From Lytechinus pictus (Eukaryota), in NCBI RefSeq assembly GCF_037042905.1, contig NC_087252.1, positions 26,166,001 to 26,230,000 of the forward strand: a stretch of DNA of 64,000 nucleotides. The letters run 5' to 3'. This document shows, piece by piece, positions 1 to 13,834 of the stretch. Under the pieces are notes generated by a model. That model was not told where the DNA came from, did not search any database, and saw only the letters and a program-made list of their open reading frames with translations. Numbering within the stretch: the first letter of the stretch is position 1; each line of letters starts with the position of its first letter. A program made the position numbers and the translations under genes.

Positions 1-109
1 CGATGTAGCACTATCCCTTCAATCGGTGAATGCCAAACTGGGAACAGCAACTCCCATCTTTGGTCTGAGGCGGCCGGGGCTTGAACTCCCGACCTCACAA
101 CGATTCATC

Positions 110-360
110 ATCATAATAATAACAGCATATATAGTGTAATATATTATATAATATAATATATAGTGCTTAATACATTGTTTGTAGGTGCTGCATACTATTA
201 CCCGGGCATAAGCACAGCAACCCTGATCAGGTGCTTGAGCACTTCAGGAATTCCTTCCTTCTGAGTATGAATGTATTACACCTGGGTTGAGAGTGACAAA
301 TGTACATAAATGACTAGCCAGAGGATGTGAATGCTGTGTTGAGATTTGATCTTTCATTCA
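110..360 (-). mobile_element. Degenerate SINE copy (related to the copies at 23379 and 28992)
   Basis: Shared core acacctgggttgagagtg and AT-rich tail; ends approximate. Confidence 0.6.
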
Positions 361-397
361 AGTAAAGAAGAAGAAGGGGGGAACAAAGTACACTTAC

Positions 398-496
398 TTC
401 TAAACTGGCAGGCTAATCCCTCAAATCCTGGCTGACACAAGCAGATTCCATTCATACAACGGGCATTGTTCTGGCATGGTACACGACACTGACGTT
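398..496 (-). CDS. Exon: EGF (ERQCRVPCQNNARCMNGICLCQPGFEGLACQFR)
   Basis: 99 nt, cag|...|gtaag, 6 Cys; absent from ORF track. Confidence 0.92.
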
Positions 497-937
497 CTGG
501 AAGAAAAATTTATTGAAAAAAATATGTGCATGTATAATAAAGGCCTGAACTAACAAGAGGTTAAAACCAGGATAGATACAAAGCTAATCAATAAAAAAGT
601 TGATTTATGGTATTTAGCAATGGATTCAGATGGGAGCAAAAGGTGCGAACCCACACCCCCCTCCCGATTCTTTGAGAGTCATCATTTGAACACACATAAT
701 ATAGGTTTATCTAAGAAAATTGTCATCTGCAACCCCTCTATATTCAAATTCACTATAATTCCGGATCAACCACTGGGGAATTGGGTTTGCGTTGCTATAA
801 TTCAGCCGCACAGTATGGTGAAATGAAATGCGTGCACTACCTCTGACTGATACTTCCAGATATCGAGTCTCTCGCTATCCTTGAGGATCACTACATGTGA
901 AACAGACTCTGCAATTAGCCATCAGAGTTTAAATTCT

Positions 938-1515
938 TAAAGGGATCGTTTAACTTTGTGAGCAGCTGATTAAAAAAATTCTCAAACTGAGTTGAAACGT
1001 GCGTATGAGTGCCTGTATTTGTCCTCAAAAACCCTGAAACAGACCACAATATAGGATGAGAAACTCTAATTTAGATACAAGTAGCAATTTATTAGCCTGA
1101 TTTTGAGAACCGTCTAGTAGACGGGTTCAGCTTATGACCAGTTTTCTCCAATTCAAAAAGTCTGTTGGCTATTTTGACTGCCTTCTGTTGTGTGTATCTC
1201 CTATACACACACTATTAGCTGCACTGTACATTCAGTGTATACTTTGTACACACTGTATGTAGGTCATGCTGTGTTCATCTAGAATTAATGTGTTGTGGTG
1301 CACAGATTACCTGTATACACATAGTCATTGAAACCAACTCCCAATTATTTCAAAGTTTGGTTTACATCTCCAAGGTTTTAAAATTGATCATGTAAATATA
1401 ATACTTTGAAACTTTTGGGATGGTATTTTTACACTATAAGCCTAATGTTAAGCCCATTTTCAGGAACCAAAAGGAGAATTTTTTAAATCAGAACAAAGTG
1501 AAATGATCACTTCAA
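938..1515. mobile_element. Non-autonomous TIR element next to TTAA
   Basis: Imperfect TIRs aagggatcgtttaactttg / caaagtgaaatgatcactt. Confidence 0.5.
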
Positions 1516-2428
1516 GCCTGTATTCTGAAGTCGGGTTTAAAGGGGAATCCAACCCAAATAAAAACTTGTTTTTATAAGAAAAATAAAAAACAGACAAGTT
1601 GATAGGTGAAAGTTTGAACAATATTGGACAAACAACAAGAAAGTTATGAATTTTTAAAAGTTGTAAATATTGGTAATCACTATACTCATGGAGATTTCAA
1701 ATTGGCCGCATATGGGATGTCATAGTGATGTAAGGCAAGGACTACTCTTCCATGTACTCCAATACATATTATGGCTAAAATGTCATTTTTCCCAAAAGTT
1801 TTATTTCAAATTATATTTTTCTTTCATGAGGACATTAACATACTACCTGGGTTATATTTAGATCACTGCCCTAGGGGAATGGGTACTTACGAGAAAACCA
1901 CAAATCACTGATAATAAAGTACATGGCCTATGGGAAAGTTGTCCTTGCCCCTTGTCATAATTTACTTACCCAGTTGCCAATTTGAAATCTACATACCATT
2001 AATGATCTCAATTTTAAAGCAGCTATAACTTTCTTATTGCTTGTCCGATTTCTTTCAAACTTTCACCATTCTTTTTTATTTATTTTTCTCCTTCCCAACA
2101 CAACATTTTATGGTCAAGGCTGGATTCCCCTTTAATTTAAACTCTGGTATTTTTAAGTTGTGGTTTAACTGTGGATAGCCGATTGGGGCACGAATCCTTA
2201 ACAGTAAACGTTCAATTTATTAACTCATATGACACCCAAATTGTTTATAATTGTCTGGGAATAATAACTGAAGTATTTTTCTTCGTTATGAAAGCAAAAT
2301 GAAATAAAATAGTAAACATAAGAAATACACAATATAAACAGAATTTCTAAATTTTTGGCTCCCCATAATTTTAGCACAGTTAGACTGTGGTCTAAGTTAA
2401 ACCTCAGGCTGACTTCAGAATACGGGCC
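1516..2428. mobile_element. MITE (TIR ggcc-gtattctgaagtc) interrupted by a nested insertion
   Basis: TIRs gcctgtattctgaagtc / gacttcagaatacgggcc; uninterrupted sister copy at 62974-63291. Confidence 0.8.
1541..2131. mobile_element. Nested TTAA-target TIR element (Kolobok-like AGG ends)
   Basis: TIR aggggaatcca(a/g)cc, TTAA on both sides, empty site seen in sister MITE. Confidence 0.85.
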
Positions 2429-4419
2429 TTAGGGTTACAAATCCTCAACATGTGAACATCACTAATATCACTTGCAATCACTCCTGCATTGAAATCACAA
2501 CCAACAAATTAGACTCGCTAATAAAATTGAGTTTGATGGACACTTTTCATTGAAGCACATCGATGAATCAGCAGACTTTGTTTTTAGATCTTGTCTAGCA
2601 ATGGTGCTCTCTAAGGTCCCACTTAAATCATCACATACGAAAACTAACTACTTAATGGTTAGCTGATGTTCCGGTAATGACGCTACATTTTTAAGACATT
2701 AAAAATCATGAACATGACAAGGATGTTGCATGATGCATCTGAATAATTAGGGACTGTTACATGTCAACAAGGTATTTAAGATGTATGGCCAATCAACAAG
2801 TATATTTTCCTTCTTTTTAATCATTTGTGATTGTATATTTGTTGCCTCTATGATTTACATATTATCAGCATTTCCTTCAAGCTGCTATGTTTATGAGGAA
2901 TACTTTGATTAATCCCAATTAATGCCATAGTCACGTCATAGAAACCGACTCAAGACCAACCAAATCTATTACTTTATTTCTAATGACATACCATTGTCCG
3001 GTTTGGAGTCAGTTTCGCTGGTGTGATGTAGTATTAGAAGGGATCCAGTTCAGTATCTTTCCCTTCTAATCAATCCATTTCAATACGGACAAAATTGAAA
3101 AAGAGAACTGTGGCCAGTATAGCCTCTAATGTTTAGGAAACTATCTAAAAACCTTCACCATGTGCAATTAAGCATGGAACTCAATAATTTTAGTGCACTT
3201 TTGATCAAATGGTGATGTGTGTCACGCTCATTCTACTCTAGCTCAAAGCTTCATATTATCACCAATTAAAAACACAAGAAAGTAATCTTAACTGTTATTT
3301 GGAACATAAATACTGCCCGATAATTAACAATAACTGCTTTGTTTATGAGGCATACATACTTCATAAGTTCATAAGAATATTAACAAAGACAGAAATATGT
3401 GAACACAGACTTCAAGAAAGCAAACTGACTACAATTACTTAATGCATGACATGAAACGGACTTACATGTAATAAGAAGTTGATAGATGTAGTAACTTGAG
3501 TATTACATGAGTCATTCCTACATGTCAAAACATATGCTCTCTTGACATGCCCTGGGATTTATTTTTGTCAGATAGACAGTTTACAAACATTCCCAAATGT
3601 TTTTCTTTTTTTACTTTTTTGTAAAGTAATATAATGTTGAAATGTCTGCTGAAAAATGACTGCCATGTGTTTTTCATTTGCATAAAAGCTAAGCAACTGA
3701 CAATTCTTCCATACACTTAGACTTGGTGCAGAGACCACTTGGTTTGAATAGGTGATGGATTGATATACTTTGATGAAAGCGATACACGAATGTATCAATG
3801 TACCACAATTCATTTCCTCTCGTATCATTCAAGCACATCTTTAAAAACAGAAGTGCTGTAGCTAAAGTCATGAATAATGGAATTGGAGAACAAGAAATCA
3901 TGTGTTCCAAGTCACTTTAACAATCAAAGCATTCTATTTTATATTTAAAAAATGAAAAATGCTATACTTAACTTAATATTACTTGGTCTTTCAGTCTTCT
4001 AAATGGGAGATAACTCAATCAGAATATGCACCTGTAAGCATTTTTTTTAACCCACTGTCCATTTTTAGCATGTTCATTAAACTGATGTTGATTTAATAGA
4101 CAATAAACAAGATTGCACTTAAGCATCCCAAACAAACTCTAAAAGGCAAAAGTGATCACATTTGTATGTCACCTAGTAAATCATAATTTATTTTGTTGAA
4201 CCACAAAATATAGGCCTACTGATTTTTGGAGATTGGCACTTGAAACTGTCACTTAGAAAAAAAAAATTTCAAACTAAATCTAAAATCATGTCCAAGGTTT
4301 AGTTCTCAAAACCTTCCTTGGAGCTCCGTTCCCATGTCAAAACATCTTCTTTCAGTATTACTGTAATCTTAAACAGCTGGTTTGAGGGAATGCAAGACAA
4401 CATCATGATCTATCACTGA

Positions 4420-4894
4420 AGGTGGTTTCAGACCGCCTCGAAGTTTGTCAGTTCCAGGTATTCTCTGATCGGGAAATTTACCCCGATCAGAAAATACCAG
4501 GTATTTTGGTAAAGTGAAAGCAAACTACGCGTAATTTCCCGGAAACAAAATACCCGCTAAATAGTAGGTACTTGGCAAAATTACGAGAACTTTCGCGGGA
4601 TTTTTCCAAGGTCGCAGGTATTTTGGCAATGTGAAAGCAATTTACGGGAACTTTACGCCAAGCATGTCGTTGGGCGCGGGCGCCGTGGGTGGCTGCTGGG
4701 CTAGTGGTTTTGAATCTCGCGCCTTGCCTGCTTATTAGACCATAGTGTGTGTGCTCCTAACTTCAGGAATTTATCCCAAAGGGTATGTTTCGGTGCGGTG
4801 TGAATGCAGGAATAATTAATGGGTATTTTTTAGCCTAAAAATGTTCTTGTAATTTAACGGGGATTCTTGTGATCGAGGCGGTTTGAAACCACCT
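4420..4894. mobile_element. Non-autonomous DNA transposon with about 22-bp TIR and apparent 5-bp TSD
   Basis: aggtggtttcagaccgcctcga / tcgaggcggtttgaaaccacct, flanked by ACTGA on both sides. Confidence 0.8.
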
Positions 4895-5539
4895 ACTGAG
4901 TGAATGGAGTAGGCCTATTCGTGGAGGGGAGGGTTCAGACCATTTTCTTTCATACATCATTGTATTATATTTTTCTATGTTACAATTTTCATAAGAATTC
5001 CTTGAATTCATGATATTCCATACAGTATCTAAAATATTGACAATTCTGGTGATTTATCTTAGCTCATTAAATTTGCTAACTTGCATTTTTTTTCGAAATC
5101 GTGCATTGTATCGAAAACTAAGCCTCCTCAAACTTTTACCTCACAACTCTTCTTAACTCTTTGTGCGCTGGACCATGAACCCATCTGTACTGAATTATTT
5201 TCAGGGAGGGAAACAATGCATTGTTTGTTGAGTGTGAAATGCGAAGTTCGCACGGCACCGAGTGTGCATTGGTGCGAAGTACGCGTGGAAAGGGTTAAAA
5301 AGAAATACATTATAAAGATGGCATATTGTTGTACCACATGTGTACAAGGGAAGAGGTTCAAACTAAAAAGAGCTCTGAGATTCACACTAAAATTTAGTGT
5401 AATATCAAAATGAAAATAAATCTGATGTTACTATTTTTAAGACTACATTTTGATGCCGATCTTAAACATCCATTTTACCCCCCTCTCTCTGTTGTCCCTT
5501 GATAATATTTCCTTCCCCATTCTCTCTCCCAATTTTCCC

Positions 5540-6345
5540 CTCCTTATTCTTCTTCTTCTTTTTCTTCTTCTCCTCCTCCTCCCCCTCCCCTTTCTTCTTC
5601 TTCTCCTTCTTCTTCTTATTATTTTCTTTTTTCTATTCTTCTTCTTCTTCCTCCTCATTCTCTTTCTCTTCCTCTTCTTCTTCCTCTTCCTCTTCTTCTT
5701 CTTCTTCCTCCTCCTCTTCTTCTTTTCCTTCTCCTTCTTTTTCTTCTTCTTCCTCTTCCTCTTCTATCTTCTATCTTCTGCCTCCCCCCAAGTCTTCCAG
5801 ATTCTTTCACACTTGCACCTGCTCTCTCCCTCTTCTTCATAATACTCCCCTATTCCTCATCTTAGCCTGGACTTTATATTTCTTCTGACACGATCCACCC
5901 ACATTGGCTCGATGTTGTCCAAAACACAGGAAATTGATCCCAACACTACATCTGGTAAGTTTCCAAAGTTCCAAAGAATGTTATTCGAATTTTCAGTCCA
6001 AGCTGGCAAGTTGGGGACAACGTCTTGCAAATGTGTCCCATTATACCCCTTCTTTCTTCTTCTAATTTATTTTCATTTATGCCCCCTCCCCTATCTTCTT
6101 CTCCTCCTTCTTCTTTCTTTCTTTCTTCTTCTTGTTCTTCTTCTCCTCCTCCTTCTTTCTTCTTCTTCTTCTCCTTCTTCTTCTTTTTCTTCTCCCTCCT
6201 CTTCTTCTCCACTTTCTCATCCATATCCTTCTTCTCTTTCTCATTCTTTTTCTTCTTTATTCCTTCTTTCTTCTTTCTTCTTCTGCTTCTTCTGCTTATT
6301 TTGCTTCTGCTTATTTTGCTTCTTCTTCTCTTCCTCCATTCTTCT
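5540..6345. repeat. Two (CTT/CCT)n low-complexity tracts separated by a unique spacer
   Basis: Direct reading; explains the poly-F/L/S and poly-R/K/E ORFs. Confidence 0.9.
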
Positions 6346-7587
6346 TCATATCATATTTATGATAAATTATTAAACACATGAGAGCTTACACATTAAATCT
6401 CACAAAGTCAGGCACTAACAACTTGACGTAAAAACACACACTAGTTCAAACAGTCAATATCTGAGGTACATGTATGACCTAACAGATAGGATGGCATGAC
6501 CTAACAGATAGGATGGCATGCCTCTGATATTTCCCTGCTTAGACTCATTCACACAAAATAACATTTCTGCAAAGCATTGTACTTTTTATTGTTTGCTGTA
6601 CATATCAAATAATGGTACCTTGTACTTCAAAAGCACACAAACCAAACATAAATTCCCAGCATCCTATTCTATCCAACACTCATACCTCACATCGAAACTG
6701 GCCAATCATCATTCAGCAAGGAAAACCTTTAGACTCACAAGCCAATCACTGGGGTGCATGGGGGAAAACTTACAGCTGTTTCAACCAATCAGAATAACCC
6801 TTAGTCTGTAGACACACACATCCACACACACATCCATGTGATATGTACAGTATTATAGTCCATACATATTCCCACACATACACAGAATTTCTCGATCTAC
6901 ATATGAGTGAGAAAATCTTAGTGGCACACACACTCGGAATCATTTGTATTAGTGTATAACATAGTGTTTCTTTTACAAAAATATGTTCTTTCTTCATATG
7001 CCTCCTATCAATAAAGTATTTATTATTTTGAATTCTATGTGCTGCTGGTCAATTTTTATTTGTATTACATACTAATAAACAAATAATGTTATTTCATTTT
7101 TGTTCTATTTGAACTGTAATGTAATTGTCCTCATAACTGGTACTTTTGTTTTATCCTGAGTTTAACCTATTATGCACATCAGTGCTCTTGTTAATTTTTT
7201 TATCCCACTTCCATTCACCCTTGTCCTCATCCCTATCCCTTTCACTCTTGCTCTCTCCTTCTCACTTGCATATTTATATATCTACCTATTTATCTCTTGT
7301 TCTATTTATCTACCTGTCTAACAATATTCCGATCAAAACATTTACCTATTTACATATAATTTTCTTAACATTACAAGGTAGAGTAGATTGTTCCTAGAGT
7401 GTATACTGAAACTTGTCCCAGAAATGAAAGAAAGCAATAATAATGCTGTTTTTTTCTGTCCATTGTTCTCAATAATCAACCAATCCATCCCCCCTCTATG
7501 TCTCTCTCTCTCTTTCCTAGCCATTTCCTTGCTCTCCTTACTGACCCCAGCCCATTTCCCCTACCACCCACTCCCCCCTTGACTCAC

Positions 7588-7686
7588 CCAGTCTCAGTTG
7601 ACAGAACACACCACCGATACCGGCAGGGCATATGCACAGTCCCCTGTCGCAGGTCCCTCCGTTCAGGCAGCCAGGCTGGCACGTAT
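7588..7686 (-). CDS. Exon: EGF (DTCQPGCLNGGTCDRGLCICPAGIGGVFCQLRL)
   Basis: 99 nt, cag|...|gtgag, 6 Cys. Confidence 0.93.
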
Positions 7687-7745
7687 CTGGGAAGGGAGGA
7701 AAACAATTCATATCCTGAATTAGCAACCATTCAAAGTGACTCCAC

Positions 7746-8730
7746 TTGAACTCTGCTCTGGTGAGAGCAACTCCTCCTACTTTCCATTTTGTGCAAATGG
7801 GAGGAGGGATTCTGGAGTACAAGGTAGAAGGATGTGTCATTATGTCTTGCGTCTTTCTGTACAAAACATTTGGAAATAGGCATACTAGTTTTTCTTGATA
7901 TTTTTCTTGAACTCTGCTCTGGAGGGATCAACTCCTCCTACTTTCCTACTTTCCATTTTGTGCAAACGTGAGGAGAGATACCGGCGGCGCAAAAGGTAGA
8001 AAGATGTGACATCATCTCTCACGTCTGTCTTAAACATTTAGAGGACAAACAAGTCTACAGAAGGCATACTGGTTTATCTTAATATTTTTTTCCTGAACTC
8101 TGCTCTGGTGGGATCAACTCCTACTTTCCATTTTGTGCAAACGTGAGGAGAGATACCGGTGCGAGAGGTAGAAAGATGTGTCATCGTCTCTCATGTTTGT
8201 CTTAAACATTTGTTTGTCTTAAACATTTGGTGGAGGACAAACAAGTCTTACAGAAGGCATACTAGTTTTTCTTAATATTCTTCTTGAAATCTGCTCTGAT
8301 GGGAACAACTTTCTTACTCTCCATTTTTTGCAAACGTGAGGAGGGATGCCAGTGCAAGAGGTAGAAAGATGTGTCATCATCTCTCTCGTCTGTCTTAAAA
8401 ATTTGGAGGATAAACAAATCTACAGAATGTATACTAGTTTTTCTTGATATATCCTGAACTGTGCTCTGGTAGGAGCAACTCCTCTGCTTTTAATTTTGTG
8501 CAACCATGAAGAGGGATACCTGTTCAAGAGGTAGAAAAATTTGCTATTATGGCTTGCATTGTTCCGTACAAACCATTTGGAAATAGTCTTAAATGTCCAC
8601 AGAACGCATACCAGTTTTTCTTGACATCTTTCTTGAATTCTGCTCCTCCATCAAAAACTTCTTCTGCTTTCCATTTTTGCAATCGTGAGGGATAATAAAA
8701 CAATACCTGGTTAAGATACACATCTGTTAA
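7746..8730. repeat. Degenerate tandem repeat, unit about 160-190 bp, about 6 copies
   Basis: Anchor tgaactctgctctgg...tttccattttgtgcaaa near 7746, 7907, 8094, 8284, 8455, 8633. Confidence 0.9.
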
Positions 8731-10839
8731 CACTCCAAACTTTCTGTTTAGTGTTTTATCAAGAAGAGCGGAAGTATTCAAAATGTTGTTCCTCTCAACT
8801 GCATCACGATACAACCACATAACTTATTGTACAATAAAGTGATTTTCATTTCATAAGCAATCTGCTTCGGAATCAGATAACCCCGTTTTCGACCCAACCT
8901 CAGATGGCATGTTAAATACATTGGAAAAAGTATTTGGACTCTTTCCACTGGTCAGCAAATGTTTTTAGTGAAATTTGAAGGAATCTCTGTGCTTGGAAAA
9001 TTACTTGTTGCCATGACACTACTTGATCTGACGTGGACTACCAACTTATTGTCTGTGCTTCATTGATACATCTATCTTGAACGATTTGTATAAGAACAGT
9101 TTCACCAAGAGGACCAAAGTATTATTGAATTGCATGGTATACATAAAGGTGAGTGGTACTAAATTCCAATTATAATACGATTGGTAGTAGATTAAGACCA
9201 TATTAATTTGGTGTACTATGAATTATGCACAAACATATACACAATCAACCAACATATCAATGAACATTTGAACTAGAATTATAGTGAGTTACAAAGACTT
9301 TGAGAAATACCCAGATTTTTTTATCTCAATTATCCTTTTACCAAACAAAGTATTTAGAATTGTTCTGGATATCTATAATATCTTACCAAGAACTTTCACT
9401 TTAATGTATATTAGTTCAGGGGTGGATATCTCCAGAAAAAGTTAGGTATTTCAAATCAAGGTGGGAATACTGCAAAAAAGTTGTAAATACTGGGAAGTAC
9501 TTAACATGTACCTGACAATTAAATACTTTGAAACGCTAGAATATGCTTGAGAAACACCTGGGCAATCACTTGAAATAGTCAAGAAGTATATTTTGTAGTA
9601 TTCGCCTGTTTTCAAACTCTTTCCCCCAGTTTCTCAAAAATTATTGAGGCAGTATTTACTGCCAGTATTTCTCACCCCGCCAAACCCTAGCTCCAACTAG
9701 CACACCGGGGGCCATTTCGTAAAGCTGTTCGTAAGTGAACTTGAATTTTATAATCCCAAAAACAATAACAGCATAGAAACCATACATCAAAGAAGCATAA
9801 TAAAATAGTTTACAGATAATAGGAACCAGAAAATAGCATGAATGCTAGTCGGGTCTGGTACCTTTAAATGCTCAAATACAAAATATTTGTCTTGTTGAAA
9901 TAATAAGATTAATGAATTATTAGAGTGACTTTACAAACTGGTGATCCTTTCTTGAGGTAAATCATATTCACCATTAAATGTTCATTGGTGATTATTTAGC
10001 TTGTAAGAAAGGTTCCCCAGTCATTCTTAAACTCGCCCTGAACTTACGAACAGCTTTATGAAACACCCACTAGGAATAGTATGATTAACAAGTCAGGATT
10101 ATGGGGTCATCATTGTCTGGAATCCAGGACTAGACTATTAACACATAGCCAATGATACAACACTCAAAGTTATGCTTGAAAAAATCAAATTTATGACTGA
10201 AAACACATATTTCCACTTTAATCATCATGTTGCTTGTTTTTTCCTTAGACTGCTTACAGCTTTTTGTAATGTTTCTTGTTCATGTTCTGTATATTTGTAA
10301 CGACCCAGTACAAACCCAATTTCTGTGTGATGTTCACATAGATCTAATAATGATTTCACATCTCGTATTCTGTATTATAGCTCGTTAACATATAATGAAA
10401 TGCCTCAAAAGAAAAAAAAAAAAAAAAAAACATTTTTTTTTTTTTAATGTCACAACTTGCTATCCCAAACAACAAATTTCAGGAAACTCACAGAATGGCA
10501 GCAAACTTTGACTCATTTTTATGAAAAAAAGTTGTTGAACAAACAATTTGTGCATTATTGTCTTTCAAAAATCATAAACATAAAATTATCACAAGATGTT
10601 TCATAATTCATACCACCTATCTATTGCAAGAATGGAACAAATACGCTTCCAGACTCCTTGCTGTGTAAGTAGGGCAAGAACAACATAATCATAATGTAGG
10701 ATCATAGGGGTTCATAGAGAAGAACTTTGAAAATATCTTAAAGCATGTGAAAATAATTTCAGGCTTAAAGGACAAATTTACCCACAAAATTATTTAATCT
10801 ATTTATATTTTATATTCTACAGCTTGCAGAGGGAATTTA

Positions 10840-11840
10840 TACCTATACTTACTTCGTCTAACATTCATCTAGTCTTATGGTCTGATTTACACTTTGCCTA
10901 CTTATTAATATTATTTTGCTTTTTATCAAATGAAAATTTGATTCATAAACAGTTCATTTAATCATATATACACAGTGGTGGGTTTATTTTCAATTGGTCT
11001 AATGCCAATTTTTTTCCAATTGCCAACTCGAATAATATAATTTGGTCTACCATCAATTCGTCCACTATTCACATGTTTCATTTTGATTCATAAACAGTTC
11101 ATTTAATCATAAATACAAAGTGGTGGGTTTGTTTTCAATTGGTCTAATGTCAATTAGTCCAATTACCAACTTGTATATTATCATTTGGTCTACCATCAAT
11201 TCGTCCACTATTCACATGGTCTAACTGCCATTTTGTCCACTCACCATTTCGTCTAATAACCAGTTGGTCCAATAGCCATTCAGTCCATACACCATTAGTC
11301 TAATTGGACTAAGTATTAATCGAGCAATATTAATGAAAAGGAAACAGGTATAAGACCAACTGGTTATGAGATGAAATAGTCATAGACAGACTGGTGATTA
11401 GAAAAAGTGATGATTGGACTAAATGGTTATTGGGCCAAACAGTTCTTAGACAAAATGTTGATATAGAGAGAATGGCATTAGACTATGAAGATAGACCATG
11501 TGATTAGTGGACGGGTTTGCAATAGACGGATTGGCAATTTACCAAGTGGAGTTAGACCAGGTGGATATAAGAAGAAAATAGGTATAGCCAAACTGGAAAT
11601 CATGAAGAAAAAATATTATAAATTGACAAAATGGCAATTTGATCATATGAAAACTACACAAATTGGTTGTAGAGGAACTTGGACTAAAACATGTGGGTTG
11701 AGACCAAACGGAAAGCAGACAAATTGGGTGTAGAGTAAGTGGTAATTCATTACTTGAAAAGCTTTTGAAAATAATTTGAACCTGATGAGTAGTAAAGGAG
11801 ACAGGAGTAATAAGATTATCCATCAGACTAGACCACAAGC
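10840..11840. repeat. Foldback-like array of about 20-bp subrepeats (ggtcta/gtcca left, tagac/tggac right) with an about 145-bp tandem duplication at about 10935-11215
   Basis: Periodic motifs switch orientation near 11300; ends approximate. Confidence 0.6.
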
Positions 11841-13834
11841 TGAGAGAAATCAAAAGTAATGGTTTTCGGAATTTAGCCACAGCACGTTTGTCTGTGGTCA
11901 GAAAGCCAGACTTTACTCAATTAAGACGTCTGAATTCCTGCTGCCCCCTCTCTACTTTTCTATTCATTTTCATGATTTCATGAATTTAATTTATCAGTCT
12001 CAGTCTCCCCCTCTCTCCCTGTGACAACGTCCCCTCTTTATCTTTATTGCACCCCCCCCCGACAATCGCTACCTCTAAAATCGTTCCAAAAACACCCCCA
12101 TGATTTATCCCTCTCCCTCTCACCCCCCTCTCTTCTTATTGTAATTCACAAATAGAAAGATAACTTTTCAATCATTTTTCATCCTGTAACTGCCTCTCTA
12201 TTTACTTGTTTACCAGACCTGCCAATTAACCTTCTTTTTTTTCTTTTTTTGAAAAAAATTCTCAACATAACAATCACCAGCCTGTTGTAGTGAGATCGGT
12301 GAAAAAACTTGCAAAATTACTCTACTTGAAAACTGTATAATTCACCCTTTTAAACATGTGCTCGTAGGCAAGAATTTACTTTTCTTTTCATGCAACAAGC
12401 TACTGGCCCAACGGTGATTTTTACCGGTCTGGGACCGTCGGATCAGCGCTCGTGTCGCGCGCGGTATATACATTACATACTCCATGTTTGGAAAAAAAAT
12501 TTAAGTAACAAATCATACAAAAAAGTAATGGAATATTTATAGCAAAATAGAGGAACAATACTCTAAAAGGGAACGGTTGGCATGTCTGGTGTATGAAACC
12601 TACATGTATAATCTCCCGCTCTTTTTCAATATAAATAGATATACATGGGTTAGGTTTCCATGTCTAGGTCATATCCCATTAGAATCTTCTCTACTAAGAA
12701 AATGACCTTCAGCTTGAAATTCTATGCTACCATACTCCAACAATAATTTACCACATTAATATCATGTTTTGAGGTTTTCACCAACAAAAAACAAGGTTTT
12801 CCACTTTACATAAAAACAAACCCTCCATCTGGTTAGAAATTAATGAGCTTGAATGTATTTGGCATTCAGGATATTTTCTACGAGAGCAGAAGCACATGAA
12901 TGAATTTACTTGACATCTGCTCACATATGACACTTTTAAGAAATCAATAATTCTCTCATTCTTTGATTGATTTTCAGTTATTTTATCTTTTTTTCTAATA
13001 GTTTTCATTATTCAAATTATTTGTACAAGCACATTTGTCCAAAAAGAAAATGTGTGGGAAGTTTTACTTTACTTCTTGAAATTATTGACATTTGCAATGA
13101 TATGATAGAAACTTGTTTTAAAGGGATCAAACATGAATCAGTTCAGGTGGAGAGTCAAACACAGTTGATGTGACATAATCTTCAAATATTTGGATGAATT
13201 CAAACAGGAAATTTGGCAATTTGCTTAGTTTTACTCTCAATTTCCTCTCAAAAACCTACATAACCTTGGACATGAAATACAGACTCACCTGCAGATCATG
13301 ATTTGTGTGGGTTTTTTGGGGGGAGGGGGCTGTCATGAAAAACAAATTGTCAACATACCAAAAATGTGTCCCCTCATGGAATATTACCTCAGAAATGTTC
13401 TATTTCTGATTCAAATTATTCAAAGAGTTAGAATATGGACATATTTCTATATACACGACGAACATAACAACAGGCATGCTTACACATTGGGGAAATGCAT
13501 ATATTATTTCAATCACATTTTTACAAATCTGTTCTTATCCTCTACATCCTGCAAAGATGTTTTTAACATGTTTTTTTTTTATAAGTTTCTTTATTAAAGA
13601 ACAAAATATATGTACTATAAAGACAAAATATTTTAAAATGCATTGGTTGTCAAAAGGGGATCAGATCAAATATATGTACACAATGTATGCTGATTCGCAT
13701 TCTATTGCCCAATGTTTCTATTTGTATGGAACATGGAAATATTAAACACAATAAATAGACTTTACAGAGCATAGATTGTAACTATGTCTCTCTGCCACAA
13801 AAAACAAGGAACTTCATATAATTGAGGTAGAATA

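Noticed and set aside
5856..6048. About 60-codon open frame on the minus strand in the spacer between CTT tracts (GYNGTHLQ...KSRLR)
   Set aside because: Preceded by a stop and a purine-rich stretch, no in-phase acceptor, no recognisable motif
5443..6381. Overlapping ORFs rich in F/L/S or R/K/E that look like TM or basic proteins
   Set aside because: Produced by (CTT)n tracts in all frames; no convincing splice sites
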